A stretch of 32,818 nt of DNA from an uncultured Staphylococcaceae bacterium. Lineage in GTDB: Bacteria > Bacillota_I > Bacilli_A > RFN20 > CAG-826. Position 1 is the stretch's first letter, and each line of letters starts with the position of its first letter. Positions 23,721-32,798 of this stretch are shown piece by piece. The DNA lies in the NCBI GenBank assembly GCA_964471005.1, contig CAYYIC010000002.1:1-32818 (forward strand), read 5' to 3'. The notes beneath the pieces were generated by a model. It searched no databases. It saw only the letters and a program-made list of their open reading frames with translations, and had not been told where the DNA came from. The position numbers were made by a program, and so were the translations under genes.

Positions 23721-26357
23721 ATGGCAAAAAAATACGTCTACAATTTTAAAGAAGCCCATGGTCTTGGAAAAGAACTCCTTGGAGGAAAAGGTGCCGGTCT
23801 CGCAGAGATGACACACATCGGCATTTCCATCCCTCAAGGTTTTACTGTTTCAACCGAGGCTTGCACGCTCTATTACAATAGCGGCAAAACTCTCCCTGAC
23901 TTTTTAGTCAAGGAAATTTACGATGCGATTCACGTTATCGAAAAAGAAACCGGAAAGAATTTCGGAGGCTCCCATAAGCCGTTGCTCGTGTCAGTCCGCT
24001 CAGGTGCTCGCGCCAGCATGCCGGGCATGATGGACACCATCTTAAACCTTGGTTTAAATGATAACACCGTCCAGGCGATGGCCAGCGAAACTAGCAATGA
24101 AAGATTCGCTTATGACTGCTACCGCCGCTTCATCGTCATGTTTACCAATATCGCTAAGGGACACCCCCGCACCGAAATGGATAAAATGCTTGAAGAATTA
24201 AAAGAGCACAGAGGCTATAAACTCGACACCGAGATCACGGCCGATGAACTCAAAGAACTCGTCAAGAAGTACAAAGTATATTACAAGAAGGTTTTTGGCG
24301 AAGACTTCCCAAGCGATCCCTATCGCCAAGCCATCGAAGCCATCACCGCCGTCTTCCGTTCATGGGACAACCCACGCGCTAATGTCTACCGTAAGATGAA
24401 CAACATCCCTTACGATTGGGGCACTGCCGTCAACGTCCAATCGATGGTCTTCGGCAATAAAAACGAAAACAGTGGCACCGGCGTCGCCTTCTCGCGTTCG
24501 CCCTCGACCGGTGAAGACAAAGTCTTTGCTGAATATTTACCAAACGCCCAGGGAGAAGACGTCGTCGCCGGTCTTCGCACTCCCCTTCACATCGAAGAGC
24601 TCAATGTCAGAATGCCAAAAGTCTACGAGGAATTCGTCTCGACAATTAGCAGGATGGAAAACTACTATCGCGATATGCAAGATATGGAATTTACCGTCGA
24701 AGATGGCAAGCTTTTCTTCCTGCAGACCCGCAATGGCAAAAGAACATCTCAAGCCGCTCTTAAAATCGCTTGTGATCTAGTCGATGAAGGCATCATCTCC
24801 GAAGACGAAGCCGTCTTAAGAGTCGATCCCAACATTCTCGACACTCTTCTACACCCGAGTTTCGATAAGAAAGAACTCGCAAAAACTGAGCCGATTGCCG
24901 TTGGCTTACCAGCCTCTCCAGGCGCTGGCACAGGCAAATTAGCCTTTACCGCCAAAGAAGCTAAACTACGCCACGAAGCCGGTGAAAAAGTCATCCTCGT
25001 CCGCACTGAAACATCACCTGAAGACATCGAAGGCATGGTCGCCGCCGAAGGTATTCTCACCATGCGTGGTGGAATGACTTCACACGCTGCCGTCGTCGCT
25101 CGCGGAATGGGTAAAACCTGTGTGGCCGGAGCCTCTGGCATCGTTGTCGATGAAGAAAAGAAAACGGCCAAAATCGGCAAGAAAATTTATGGCGTCAATG
25201 ACGTCTTCTCCCTTGACGGTTCAACTGGCAATGTCTATTCGGGTGCGATTAAAACCGTCGAAGCTCAGATGACTGGTGATTTCGGACGCATCATGAAGTG
25301 GGCTGACGAACGCCGCACTCTCGACGTTCGCGCTAACGCCGAAACAGATCGCGATGCACAAACCGCCCTCAACTTTGGTGCCCAAGGCATCGGACTTGCT
25401 CGCACCGAACATATGTTCTTTGAAAAAGATCGCATCTTCTTCATGAGAAAAATGATTCTTGAAGAAACCGTCGAAGGCCGCGAAGAGGCCCTTGCCGAAC
25501 TGCTTCCTTATCAACGCGATGACTTCTATAAACTCTTCTCGATTATGGGCGAACTGAATGTCAACGTCCGCCTCCTTGATCCACCGCTACACGAATTCCT
25601 CCCTCAAGAGGAAGACCAAATTGAAGAATTGGCCAAAGAACTCAAGAAAACGCCTGAAGAAATTAAGGCGCGTATCGACGATCTCCATGAATTCAACCCA
25701 ATGATGGGTCACCGCGGTTGCCGCCTCGACGTTTCCTACCCAGAAATCGGTAGAATGCAAACCCGCGCTATCATCGAAGCCGCTCTCCAAGTCCAAAAGG
25801 ATACCGGCAAAAAGATTACGCCCGAAATCATGATTCCTTTAACGCTCGATGCCAAAGAATTCGAGTACGTCAAAAAGATTATTACGGAAACCGCTGATTC
25901 AATCATCGCCGCCTCGGGTCAAAAACTCGTCTACCACGTCGGTACGATGATCGAAATCCCGCGCGCTGCCTTGCTCGCTGGCGAAATTGCCAAAGGCGCC
26001 GCCTTCTTCAGTTTCGGCACCAACGACTTAACGCAGATGACCTATGGCTTCTCGCGCGATGATGCCGGCAAATTCTTAAATGACTATTACGCGAAGAAGA
26101 TTTTCGAACAAGATCCATTCCGCACCGTCGATCAACGCGGTGTCGGCCAATTGATCAAAATGGCGGTTGAAAACGGCCGTAAAGCCAACCCCGATCTCCA
26201 TATCGGTGTGTGTGGCGAACACGGTGGTGATCCCCTCTCTGTCGAATTCTTCCATAACGCCGGCCTCGACTATGTGAGCTGCTCGCCATTCCGTGTGCCG
26301 GTCGCTCGTCTAGCCGCCGCTCAGGCTGCCATCAAAGCCAAAGCCGCTAAGAAATAA
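23721..26357 (+). CDS. ppdK: Pyruvate, phosphate dikinase
   Basis: 878 aa. ATP-grasp N-terminus, phosphohistidine swivel motif GGMTSHAAVVARGMG, and a PEP-utilising TIM barrel with GVCGEHGGDP. AAAAGGAG Shine-Dalgarno. Confidence 0.97.
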   Translation: MAKKYVYNFKEAHGLGKELLGGKGAGLAEMTHIGISIPQGFTVSTEACTLYYNSGKTLPDFLVKEIYDAIHVIEKETGKNFGGSHKPLLVSVRSGARASMPGMMDTILNLGLNDNTVQAMASETSNERFAYDCYRRFIVMFTNIAKGHPRTEMDKMLEELKEHRGYKLDTEITADELKELVKKYKVYYKKVFGEDFPSDPYRQAIEAITAVFRSWDNPRANVYRKMNNIPYDWGTAVNVQSMVFGNKNENSGTGVAFSRSPSTGEDKVFAEYLPNAQGEDVVAGLRTPLHIEELNVRMPKVYEEFVSTISRMENYYRDMQDMEFTVEDGKLFFLQTRNGKRTSQAALKIACDLVDEGIISEDEAVLRVDPNILDTLLHPSFDKKELAKTEPIAVGLPASPGAGTGKLAFTAKEAKLRHEAGEKVILVRTETSPEDIEGMVAAEGILTMRGGMTSHAAVVARGMGKTCVAGASGIVVDEEKKTAKIGKKIYGVNDVFSLDGSTGNVYSGAIKTVEAQMTGDFGRIMKWADERRTLDVRANAETDRDAQTALNFGAQGIGLARTEHMFFEKDRIFFMRKMILEETVEGREEALAELLPYQRDDFYKLFSIMGELNVNVRLLDPPLHEFLPQEEDQIEELAKELKKTPEEIKARIDDLHEFNPMMGHRGCRLDVSYPEIGRMQTRAIIEAALQVQKDTGKKITPEIMIPLTLDAKEFEYVKKIITETADSIIAASGQKLVYHVGTMIEIPRAALLAGEIAKGAAFFSFGTNDLTQMTYGFSRDDAGKFLNDYYAKKIFEQDPFRTVDQRGVGQLIKMAVENGRKANPDLHIGVCGEHGGDPLSVEFFHNAGLDYVSCSPFRVPVARLAAAQAAIKAKAAKK

Positions 26358-26375
26358 CTCTTAACGAAAGCAAAT

Positions 26376-26410
26376 AAAAACGCCATTTCACTATGTGACT
26401 GGCGTTTTTT
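26376..26410. terminator. Bidirectional terminator shared by the convergent genes ppdK and glmU
   Basis: A5 run, ACGCCA (26380-26385) pairing with TGGCGT (26400-26405), an inner TCAC/GTGA extension, then T6. Symmetric A- and T-tracts flank the hairpin. Confidence 0.85.
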
Positions 26411-26417
26411 ATATCCC

Positions 26418-27827
26418 TTATTTTTTCTGGCTGGCGAGTTTCTTCTGCAGAGCTTTTTCTCTGACGACGATACCGTAGCCTGGTTTATTTTCTTGACGAG
26501 CGCGGGCAATCGCCATATCGTCTTTAGGAACGCTGCGATTAATTGTCGAACCGGCGGCGATGAAGGCGTTATCTTCGATTGTAATTGGCGAGATCAACGT
26601 GCTACCAGAGCCGACAAAGACGTCTTTACCAATAAAGGTTTTGGTTTTGTTATAACCATCGTAATTAGCGACGATCGTCCCGCAGCCGATGTTTGCTTTT
26701 TCGCCGACCTCGACGTCGCCTAAATATGATAAGTGAGCGGATTTGGCTCCGTCGTGAAGAATGCAAGTTTTAAATTCAACAAAGTTGCCGACGCGGGTGT
26801 GATTTCCAATCATCGAATGGCCGCGAATGCGGGCGTATGGACCGATTTCGTTGTTGCTGCCGATACTTGAATCAGCAACATGGGAAAAAATTACGTGGTT
26901 TTCGTCGCCGACAACAACATTATCAAGGTAAGTTGAAGGTCCGATGACGTTTTGCTTGCCGATGGCAGTTTTACCAAGGATGTGGGTGCCGGGACGAATG
27001 ATGGTGTCGGGTCCAATCGTGACATCCGGTCCGATATAGGTTGAAGCCGAGTCTTCAATCGTGACGCCGGAAAGCATGTGGCGTTCGTTAATCTCGCGTC
27101 TCATGATGGCAGCGGCCTCCTCGAGTTGGCGGCGATCATTGATGCCGAGCATCTCTTGATAATGAGGGGCGATTGAGGCTCCGATTTTTAGATCGCTATT
27201 CTTAAACATCTTAATCAGGTCGGTAAGGTAATATTCGCCTTGGGCGTTATTTGGCTTGAGATTGTTTAAATACTCAAACAATAATTTGTTGTCAAAGACG
27301 TAGACTCCAGCGTTAACTTCATCGATGGCGTTTTGCTTTTCGTTTACATCAGCTTGTTCGACGATTTCTAAAACGCCACCATCGCGATCGCGAATGATGC
27401 GTCCATAGCCGCGAGGATTGGGGACGATAGCAGATAAGACGGTGAGTTTATTTTTGTCTTTTTCATGCTGCCCAATCAACTTTTGAAGAGTTGATGTTTT
27501 TAATAGTGGGGTGTCACCGCAGACGATAAGTGTTCTTCCGTCTTCTTTAGCGAGTAAGGGGGCGACTTGCATGATGGCGTGCCCGGTGCCTTTTTGTTCC
27601 CGCTGATAGACAATTTCGGATTCATCGCGGACGATTTCTTCGGTCGCCGGTCCACCGAAACCGACGATTGTCACCTTGCGATCGACGTTAAGGGGTCGGA
27701 GAGCGTTTAAGACATGCTTGACAAGGGGGACGCCGAGAATGGGATAGCTGACTTTCGATTTGTCGTCGAGAAGAGATTTCATTCTCGTGCCTTTGCCGGC
27801 GGCTAGAATAATCGCGAATGTTTTCAT
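26418..27827 (-). CDS. glmU: Bifunctional UDP-N-acetylglucosamine pyrophosphorylase / glucosamine-1-phosphate N-acetyltransferase
   Basis: 469 aa. N-terminal ILAAGKGTRM nucleotidyltransferase motif. The C-terminal half consists of left-handed beta-helix hexapeptide repeats. Confidence 0.95.
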   Translation of the reverse strand: MKTFAIILAAGKGTRMKSLLDDKSKVSYPILGVPLVKHVLNALRPLNVDRKVTIVGFGGPATEEIVRDESEIVYQREQKGTGHAIMQVAPLLAKEDGRTLIVCGDTPLLKTSTLQKLIGQHEKDKNKLTVLSAIVPNPRGYGRIIRDRDGGVLEIVEQADVNEKQNAIDEVNAGVYVFDNKLLFEYLNNLKPNNAQGEYYLTDLIKMFKNSDLKIGASIAPHYQEMLGINDRRQLEEAAAIMRREINERHMLSGVTIEDSASTYIGPDVTIGPDTIIRPGTHILGKTAIGKQNVIGPSTYLDNVVVGDENHVIFSHVADSSIGSNNEIGPYARIRGHSMIGNHTRVGNFVEFKTCILHDGAKSAHLSYLGDVEVGEKANIGCGTIVANYDGYNKTKTFIGKDVFVGSGSTLISPITIEDNAFIAAGSTINRSVPKDDMAIARARQENKPGYGIVVREKALQKKLASQKK

Positions 27828-27828
27828 A

Positions 27829-28683
27829 TCATCTGCTCCTTAAAGTGCGGGTTAATCTCGTGTCATAACCCATTTTTGCGTACTTTTTCTCTAATTTTGC
27901 AAGCTTTTTGGCATCATTATCAAGGGCGATAATCGAACTTCCCGAGCCACTCATCAGAACCGTTTTAAGTCCTTCTTGCATCAGTAATTGCTTGATTTTT
28001 CCAATGTCGGGAAGCATTGAAAAGGATGGTTTTTCTAAAGCGTTATGCACTGATTTTGACAGCAGTTCGTCATCGCCTTTTGCCAAAGCTTCGATGACAA
28101 TATCATTATCGCCGTTTTCTAGTTCCATCGAATCGGCTTTTTCGAAAACGTTTTTGGTCGATAAGCCCTTTAACGGTTTAACAATCAAAACTTGGTAGAT
28201 TTTTTTCATTTTGACGGGCTCGATGATTTCTCCGATTCCCTTGACGCGGGCCGGAACACTAAAAAGGCAGTAGGGAACGTCGGCTCCAATCGATTTGGCA
28301 AGTTCAAGTTTTTCTTCGTAAGTAGGTTTAATTTTTAGCAATTTAAAAAGGGCGTTTAGGACTGCCGCAGCGTTGGCGCTTCCTCCGGCTAAGCCGGCCG
28401 AGATGGGAATTTCCTTATAGACGTGAATCGTGAACTGTTGTTTGAAGTTGTATTTCTCGCGAGCTTTAGCAATCGCAATCGTAATTAAATTATTTTTTGT
28501 ATCTTCTATTTCAATATCATCGCAAGTGATGAAGGAGTCTACAGAATTTGGCAAAATAGTAATCTCGATCGTGTCGTGAAGCTCAAGCGGGAGATTCACC
28601 ATATCGAGTTGATGATAACCATTATCGTCCTTTTCGAGGACGTTGAGGGCAATATTGATTTTGGCGTGGGCGTTGATATACAT
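27829..28683 (-). CDS. ispE: 4-diphosphocytidyl-2-C-methyl-D-erythritol kinase
   Basis: AKINIALNV...NGYHQLDMV and the GHMP-kinase motif PISAGLAGGSANAAA. The ORF track start (28710) lacks a Shine-Dalgarno. The in-frame ATG at 28683 has AAGGAAG 6 nt upstream and gives the usual N-terminal length. Confidence 0.9.
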   Translation of the reverse strand: MYINAHAKINIALNVLEKDDNGYHQLDMVNLPLELHDTIEITILPNSVDSFITCDDIEIEDTKNNLITIAIAKAREKYNFKQQFTIHVYKEIPISAGLAGGSANAAAVLNALFKLLKIKPTYEEKLELAKSIGADVPYCLFSVPARVKGIGEIIEPVKMKKIYQVLIVKPLKGLSTKNVFEKADSMELENGDNDIVIEALAKGDDELLSKSVHNALEKPSFSMLPDIGKIKQLLMQEGLKTVLMSGSGSSIIALDNDAKKLAKLEKKYAKMGYDTRLTRTLRSR

Positions 28684-28725
28684 GTAGGGCTTCCTTTTGG
28701 CGATATACATTGTATCTTTGAAGTC

Positions 28726-29541
28726 TTATAACTTCAATTGTTTTGTCAAAGCTAAATAGTTAGATAATTCGAGTTCTTCCGGTCTTTTGGAACCGTCGAT
28801 TCCAAGCTCGGCGATGAGGGCATCGGCTTTTTCACTACTTTTTAATAATAGACCGAGATTATTGCGAATGGTTTTACGGCGATGATGGAAAAGCTTGTTG
28901 GTAATTTTCGCAAGTTGGTTGGCCATCTCATAATCGATATCGTTTTTCAGGCCGATTTCCACAACCACTGAATCGACCTTCGGGGCGGGGACAAAATTGC
29001 TCCGGCCGACATTCGCGACGCGTTTGGCCTCTCCGAGAAACGCCACGAGGATAGCAAGCGGTCCATAACCTTCTTGATTGGGTTTGGAAGTGAGGCGAGG
29101 CAGCACTTCTTTTTGAATCATAAATACCATGCTTTTTGCGCGGTGGGCATTGAGCAGGCAATATTCAATTGTGTCGCTGGTTATATAGTAGGGGAGATTT
29201 CCGATGATTTTATGATATGTTGAAACGTCGTGTTTAAGAATGCTTTCCTGAATGACTTTGACGTTGGTCATCGCGCCGAATTGTTCGTTTAAAAAAGCAA
29301 TTGCTTTCGGGTCGACATCGAGGAGGGTGACTTCGGCATCATACTTCACAAGAAAGTAAGAAAGAGAGCCAAAACCAGATCCGATTTCTAGGACGCTTTC
29401 CTTATTTTTAAGAGCGCTTTTTTTAACGATTAAATCTGCCAAATAATCATTGACTAAAAAGTTTTGGCCAAGATCTTTGGACGCCAAAAACTTTAGAGTT
29501 TTGATAAAATCAAAAAATAATTGCTGACTAGCAAATTTCAC
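28726..29541 (-). CDS. rsmA: 16S rRNA (adenine1518/1519-N6)-dimethyltransferase
   Basis: 271 aa. GQNFLVN, SAM motif VLEIGSGFGSLS, GNLPYYI. Conserved rnmV-ksgA pairing. Confidence 0.93.
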   Translation of the reverse strand: MKFASQQLFFDFIKTLKFLASKDLGQNFLVNDYLADLIVKKSALKNKESVLEIGSGFGSLSYFLVKYDAEVTLLDVDPKAIAFLNEQFGAMTNVKVIQESILKHDVSTYHKIIGNLPYYITSDTIEYCLLNAHRAKSMVFMIQKEVLPRLTSKPNQEGYGPLAILVAFLGEAKRVANVGRSNFVPAPKVDSVVVEIGLKNDIDYEMANQLAKITNKLFHHRRKTIRNNLGLLLKSSEKADALIAELGIDGSKRPEELELSNYLALTKQLKL

Positions 29542-30073
29542 TGATTGCTTCCTCGATTTCTCGATAGGTCAAATTTAGCGATTTGGCTCTTTTTAAAAAC
29601 TGTTTGCCATTGACATATCCCATGTGGAAATGCGCGGCGACAGCACTGCGCTTTCTCTGCGCTTGAAGGGTTCCAGAGAGGCCTAAATTAAGCAAGTCAA
29701 TTTGCTTTAAAGAACTCTGCGGACAAGCTTTAAAAATCAACTGGTGCTCGAGGGCTTTTAAGATTGTGTTTTCACGAGCTTCGGCAACACCGACTTTGCC
29801 ATTTCTTATCGCCGCTTTTTTGTCGATGAAACAATGTCTTAAGCCAGGGATACTTTCATCGAGTTTAACACGTATTTTTTGTCCCGGTGAATCGGGATCG
29901 GTAAGGACGATGATCGGTTTGTTTTTGCTCTGCTCTTTTAAGTAGGCGATGGTTGAGGCAGGCACATCTGAACCGTTGGTTGATATGAATTCGGCCGCGA
30001 TAAAAGAAGTTAAGAAGGCGATGTCGGTCACTCCTTCGACGACAATGATGGCGTTGATTGTTGTCTTCTTCAT
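29528..30073 (-). CDS. rnmV: Ribonuclease M5 (Toprim domain)
   Basis: 181 aa. IIVVEGVTD Toprim start and LTDPDSPGQKIR. ATGA overlap with the tatD stop. Confidence 0.88.
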   Translation of the reverse strand: MKKTTINAIIVVEGVTDIAFLTSFIAAEFISTNGSDVPASTIAYLKEQSKNKPIIVLTDPDSPGQKIRVKLDESIPGLRHCFIDKKAAIRNGKVGVAEARENTILKALEHQLIFKACPQSSLKQIDLLNLGLSGTLQAQRKRSAVAAHFHMGYVNGKQFLKRAKSLNLTYREIEEAISEIC

Positions 30074-30840
30074 TTTTCCAGCCTGAAAAGACGCTTAAAG
30101 TTGGCGCTGGTCGCGTCTTCAATAACTCGATCATCGACGTTTCTCAGGCGTGCGATCTCGCTTAGAATAAGCGGTAAATTAGCGGGACTATTTGGTGTTC
30201 CGCGTAGCGGATGTGGTGCTAGATATGGGGAATCAGTCTCGATCAATAGGCGATTTAAGGGCGTTACTTTTGCGACTTCTTTTGGTGACTTGGCGTTTAA
30301 AAAAGTGACAGGCCCGCCTAGAGAGATGTATAGTCCGAGGGCCGTGTAGTTAGATACCATTTCCGCACTGCCTGAATAGCAGTGCATAATCCCGCCGCTT
30401 AGAGGTGGATTATCAACTAAAATTTTATGGGTGTCATAAGCTGCGTCGCGATTGTGGATGATGACCGGTTTTTGGTATTTGTTGGCTAATTTTATTTGCT
30501 CGATGAAAAAACGTTTTTGTTCTTTTTGGGTCTCTTCGTCTTTGTCCCAGTAGTAATCGAGGCCGATCTCGCCATAGCCGATTACTTTTGAATGCGATAA
30601 CATATCTTCGATTTCTTTGAAATCGTTTGGGCCGCGTTTCTTAATGTCGGTGGGGTGAATTCCGACTGACGCATAAACATTATCAAAACGTTTTGCAAGC
30701 GCTAAAGCGCGTTTCGAAGATTCCAGATCATAGCCGACGACGAGAAAAGCTTCGACGCCTTTTGACATGGCTTCATCGATGTATTTTTGAGGGTTAGAAT
30801 AAAAGGAGTTGTGATTTAGATGGCAGTGCGAATCAATCAT
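30070..30840 (-). CDS. tatD: TatD family metal-dependent deoxyribonuclease/hydrolase
   Basis: 256 aa. MIDSHCHLN, GEIGLDYYW, VIIHNRDA, and ETDSPYLAP metal-ligand blocks. Confidence 0.92.
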   Translation of the reverse strand: MIDSHCHLNHNSFYSNPQKYIDEAMSKGVEAFLVVGYDLESSKRALALAKRFDNVYASVGIHPTDIKKRGPNDFKEIEDMLSHSKVIGYGEIGLDYYWDKDEETQKEQKRFFIEQIKLANKYQKPVIIHNRDAAYDTHKILVDNPPLSGGIMHCYSGSAEMVSNYTALGLYISLGGPVTFLNAKSPKEVAKVTPLNRLLIETDSPYLAPHPLRGTPNSPANLPLILSEIARLRNVDDRVIEDATSANFKRLFRLEK

Positions 30841-30842
30841 AA

Positions 30843-32162
30843 TTATTTACCGACGCAGAACCGCGAGAATATTTCTTCGCTGATGTCGTTTTTATTCCCT
30901 TCTCCAAGGATTTCAAGGGTGGCGTTATAGGCGCTGAGAAGATTGACGCTTACTAAATCGATAGGCTGATTATTTTCTGCGTCTTCAACCGCGTGTTGTA
31001 AGCTCTCGCGAATCGAACCCAACAATCCGAGTTGGCGGGCGTTATTCAAACTGGGTTGTTCATATGCTTCACCGCTAATTGAAAGCGTCTGTGTAATCTC
31101 TTTTAAAAGCGGTTCAATATCTTTATTTAGTGCCGAAATATACAAAGAATTATGTTTTTTGTTCTTGGCAATATCGCTTTTGTTATAGACGATAATGTAT
31201 TTCTTATTTTGAACAAGGGTAAGAAAAGAGTTGTCATCCTGTTCGTTTGCGTCGCGAACAAGAATGACTAAATCGGCTTCTTTGGTCGCTTCCTTGGCTT
31301 TTTGAATGCCGATGGCTTCGATTTCGTTATGGCCTTCGCGAATTCCGGCAGTGTCGAGAATGTGAAGAGTTATCCCTTTTAAATTAATCTCGCCTTCGAC
31401 GATGTCGCGAGTCGTTCCTGGAATGTTGGTCACAATGGCTTTTTCTTGCCCAATCATGGCGTTTAAAAGTGATGATTTACCGACATTTGGCTTGCCGATG
31501 ATGGCGACTTTAATGCCTTCTTTTATTATCTGCCCTTGTTTACCGTCATGGATCAATTTTGTGACGTCGGCAATTATCCGTTTAGCGACGGAAATGACTT
31601 GCGAACGACTGACTTCTTCGATGTCTTCATATTCCGGAAAATCGATATTCACTTCAATTTGACTTAGTAAGTCAGCAATTTCTTTTTTAATTGGGGTGAC
31701 GAGATGGCTCGTCTCACCTTTTAAAGAGTGGAGGGAGAGGTTTTTGGCCTCATGGGTTTTGGCGTTGATTAAATCGTCGATGGCTTCAGCTTGTATCAAA
31801 TCGATTTTTCCATTTAGATAGGCGCGGGCCGAGAATTCGCCGTTAAGCGCGAGGCGAGCTCCTGCGGAAATGAGGAGTTCGATGATTTCATCGGCGATCA
31901 ACATCGAGCCGTGGCTGATGATTTCAACGGCATTTTCCCCGGTGAAGGATTTCGGATTTAGATAGGCGATTAAGACGACTTCATCGATGATTTCATTTTT
32001 GTTTAAAATATAACCAACATAAACGTTTCTCTTATTGATGTTTCTTAAATCGTGGTTAAAAACCTTTGAGACAACCTCAAAACAATCATCGCCGGAGAGG
32101 CGGATGAGGGCTAAGGCGGATTTAAGTGGTGGTGTCGCTAGAGCGACTATCGTTTCGTGCAT
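30843..32162 (-). CDS. mnmE: tRNA modification GTPase MnmE (TrmE)
   Basis: 439 aa. G-domain motifs GKPNVGKSSLLN, DTAGIR and NKSD, plus the C-terminal CVGK tetrapeptide. Confidence 0.95.
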   Translation of the reverse strand: MHETIVALATPPLKSALALIRLSGDDCFEVVSKVFNHDLRNINKRNVYVGYILNKNEIIDEVVLIAYLNPKSFTGENAVEIISHGSMLIADEIIELLISAGARLALNGEFSARAYLNGKIDLIQAEAIDDLINAKTHEAKNLSLHSLKGETSHLVTPIKKEIADLLSQIEVNIDFPEYEDIEEVSRSQVISVAKRIIADVTKLIHDGKQGQIIKEGIKVAIIGKPNVGKSSLLNAMIGQEKAIVTNIPGTTRDIVEGEINLKGITLHILDTAGIREGHNEIEAIGIQKAKEATKEADLVILVRDANEQDDNSFLTLVQNKKYIIVYNKSDIAKNKKHNSLYISALNKDIEPLLKEITQTLSISGEAYEQPSLNNARQLGLLGSIRESLQHAVEDAENNQPIDLVSVNLLSAYNATLEILGEGNKNDISEEIFSRFCVGK

Positions 32163-32178
32163 CTTATTCCTTTATGGC

Positions 32179-32200
32179 AAAAAAGAGCCATAAGGCTCTT
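32179..32200 (-). terminator. Intrinsic terminator-like hairpin between jag and mnmE
   Basis: Minus-strand RNA reads AAGAGCC-UUAU-GGCUCUU followed by UUUUG (stem 32194-32200 / 32183-32189). It begins 1 nt after the jag stop and ends 16 nt before the mnmE AUG. Confidence 0.6.
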
Positions 32201-32201
32201 A

Positions 32202-32798
32202 TTAATCGACGTATTTAATGACAACGGCGCGGTGATAACCTTCACCCGAAGATTCGGTCTTAATGTGTGAGAAGTTAGCAAGAGCGTTATGAACGACTCT
32301 TCTTTCGTCCGCCGGCATCGGTTCAAGAGTGGCGTCCATCTTCGTTTTTTGAACTTCTTTAGCGGCCTTGCGGGCAGCGAAGGCAACGCGGGAATATTTG
32401 CCGTCTTTATAATCGTTGATATCAAGGAGGATTCTAAACCGCTTTTTGAATTTGGATGAGACAGCGAGCCGCGCTAATTCGTTGAGGGCTTGTAAGGTTT
32501 TGCCGTTTTTACCAATGAGAATCGGGTTGTGGTCAGAATTAAGCGAGATGTGAATAATATCATCTTTTAAAACGGTTGTCGTCTCCGCTTGAATTCCCAA
32601 CGATGAGGTGACGTTTTTAAGATATTCCTCAGTAAATTCAATTGCGTCGCTTAGTTCATAGACTTCGATGGTAACTTTTTTGAACAGTCCTTTTTTCTCT
32701 TCTTGGACGGCGAAATTTACTTCGCTGGGTATTATACCCAGTTCCTGAGCCGCCATCTCGACAGCTTCATCAATTGTTTTGGCTTGATATTTTTTCAT
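32202..32798 (-). CDS. jag: Jag/KhpB RNA-binding protein (Jag_N, KH and R3H domains)
   Basis: 198 aa. KH-like LIGKNGKTLQALNELARL and an R3H-like ERRVVHNAL. Conserved position upstream of mnmE. AAAGGAG Shine-Dalgarno. Confidence 0.88.
   Translation of the reverse strand: MKKYQAKTIDEAVEMAAQELGIIPSEVNFAVQEEKKGLFKKVTIEVYELSDAIEFTEEYLKNVTSSLGIQAETTTVLKDDIIHISLNSDHNPILIGKNGKTLQALNELARLAVSSKFKKRFRILLDINDYKDGKYSRVAFAARKAAKEVQKTKMDATLEPMPADERRVVHNALANFSHIKTESSGEGYHRAVVIKYVD

Noticed and set aside
24749-25180. 143-aa ORF on the minus strand, antisense to ppdK
   Set aside because: The translation is low-complexity and rich in Ser, Ala and Pro. It sits inside the best-conserved part of ppdK and has no translation signals. 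It is a shadow ORF.
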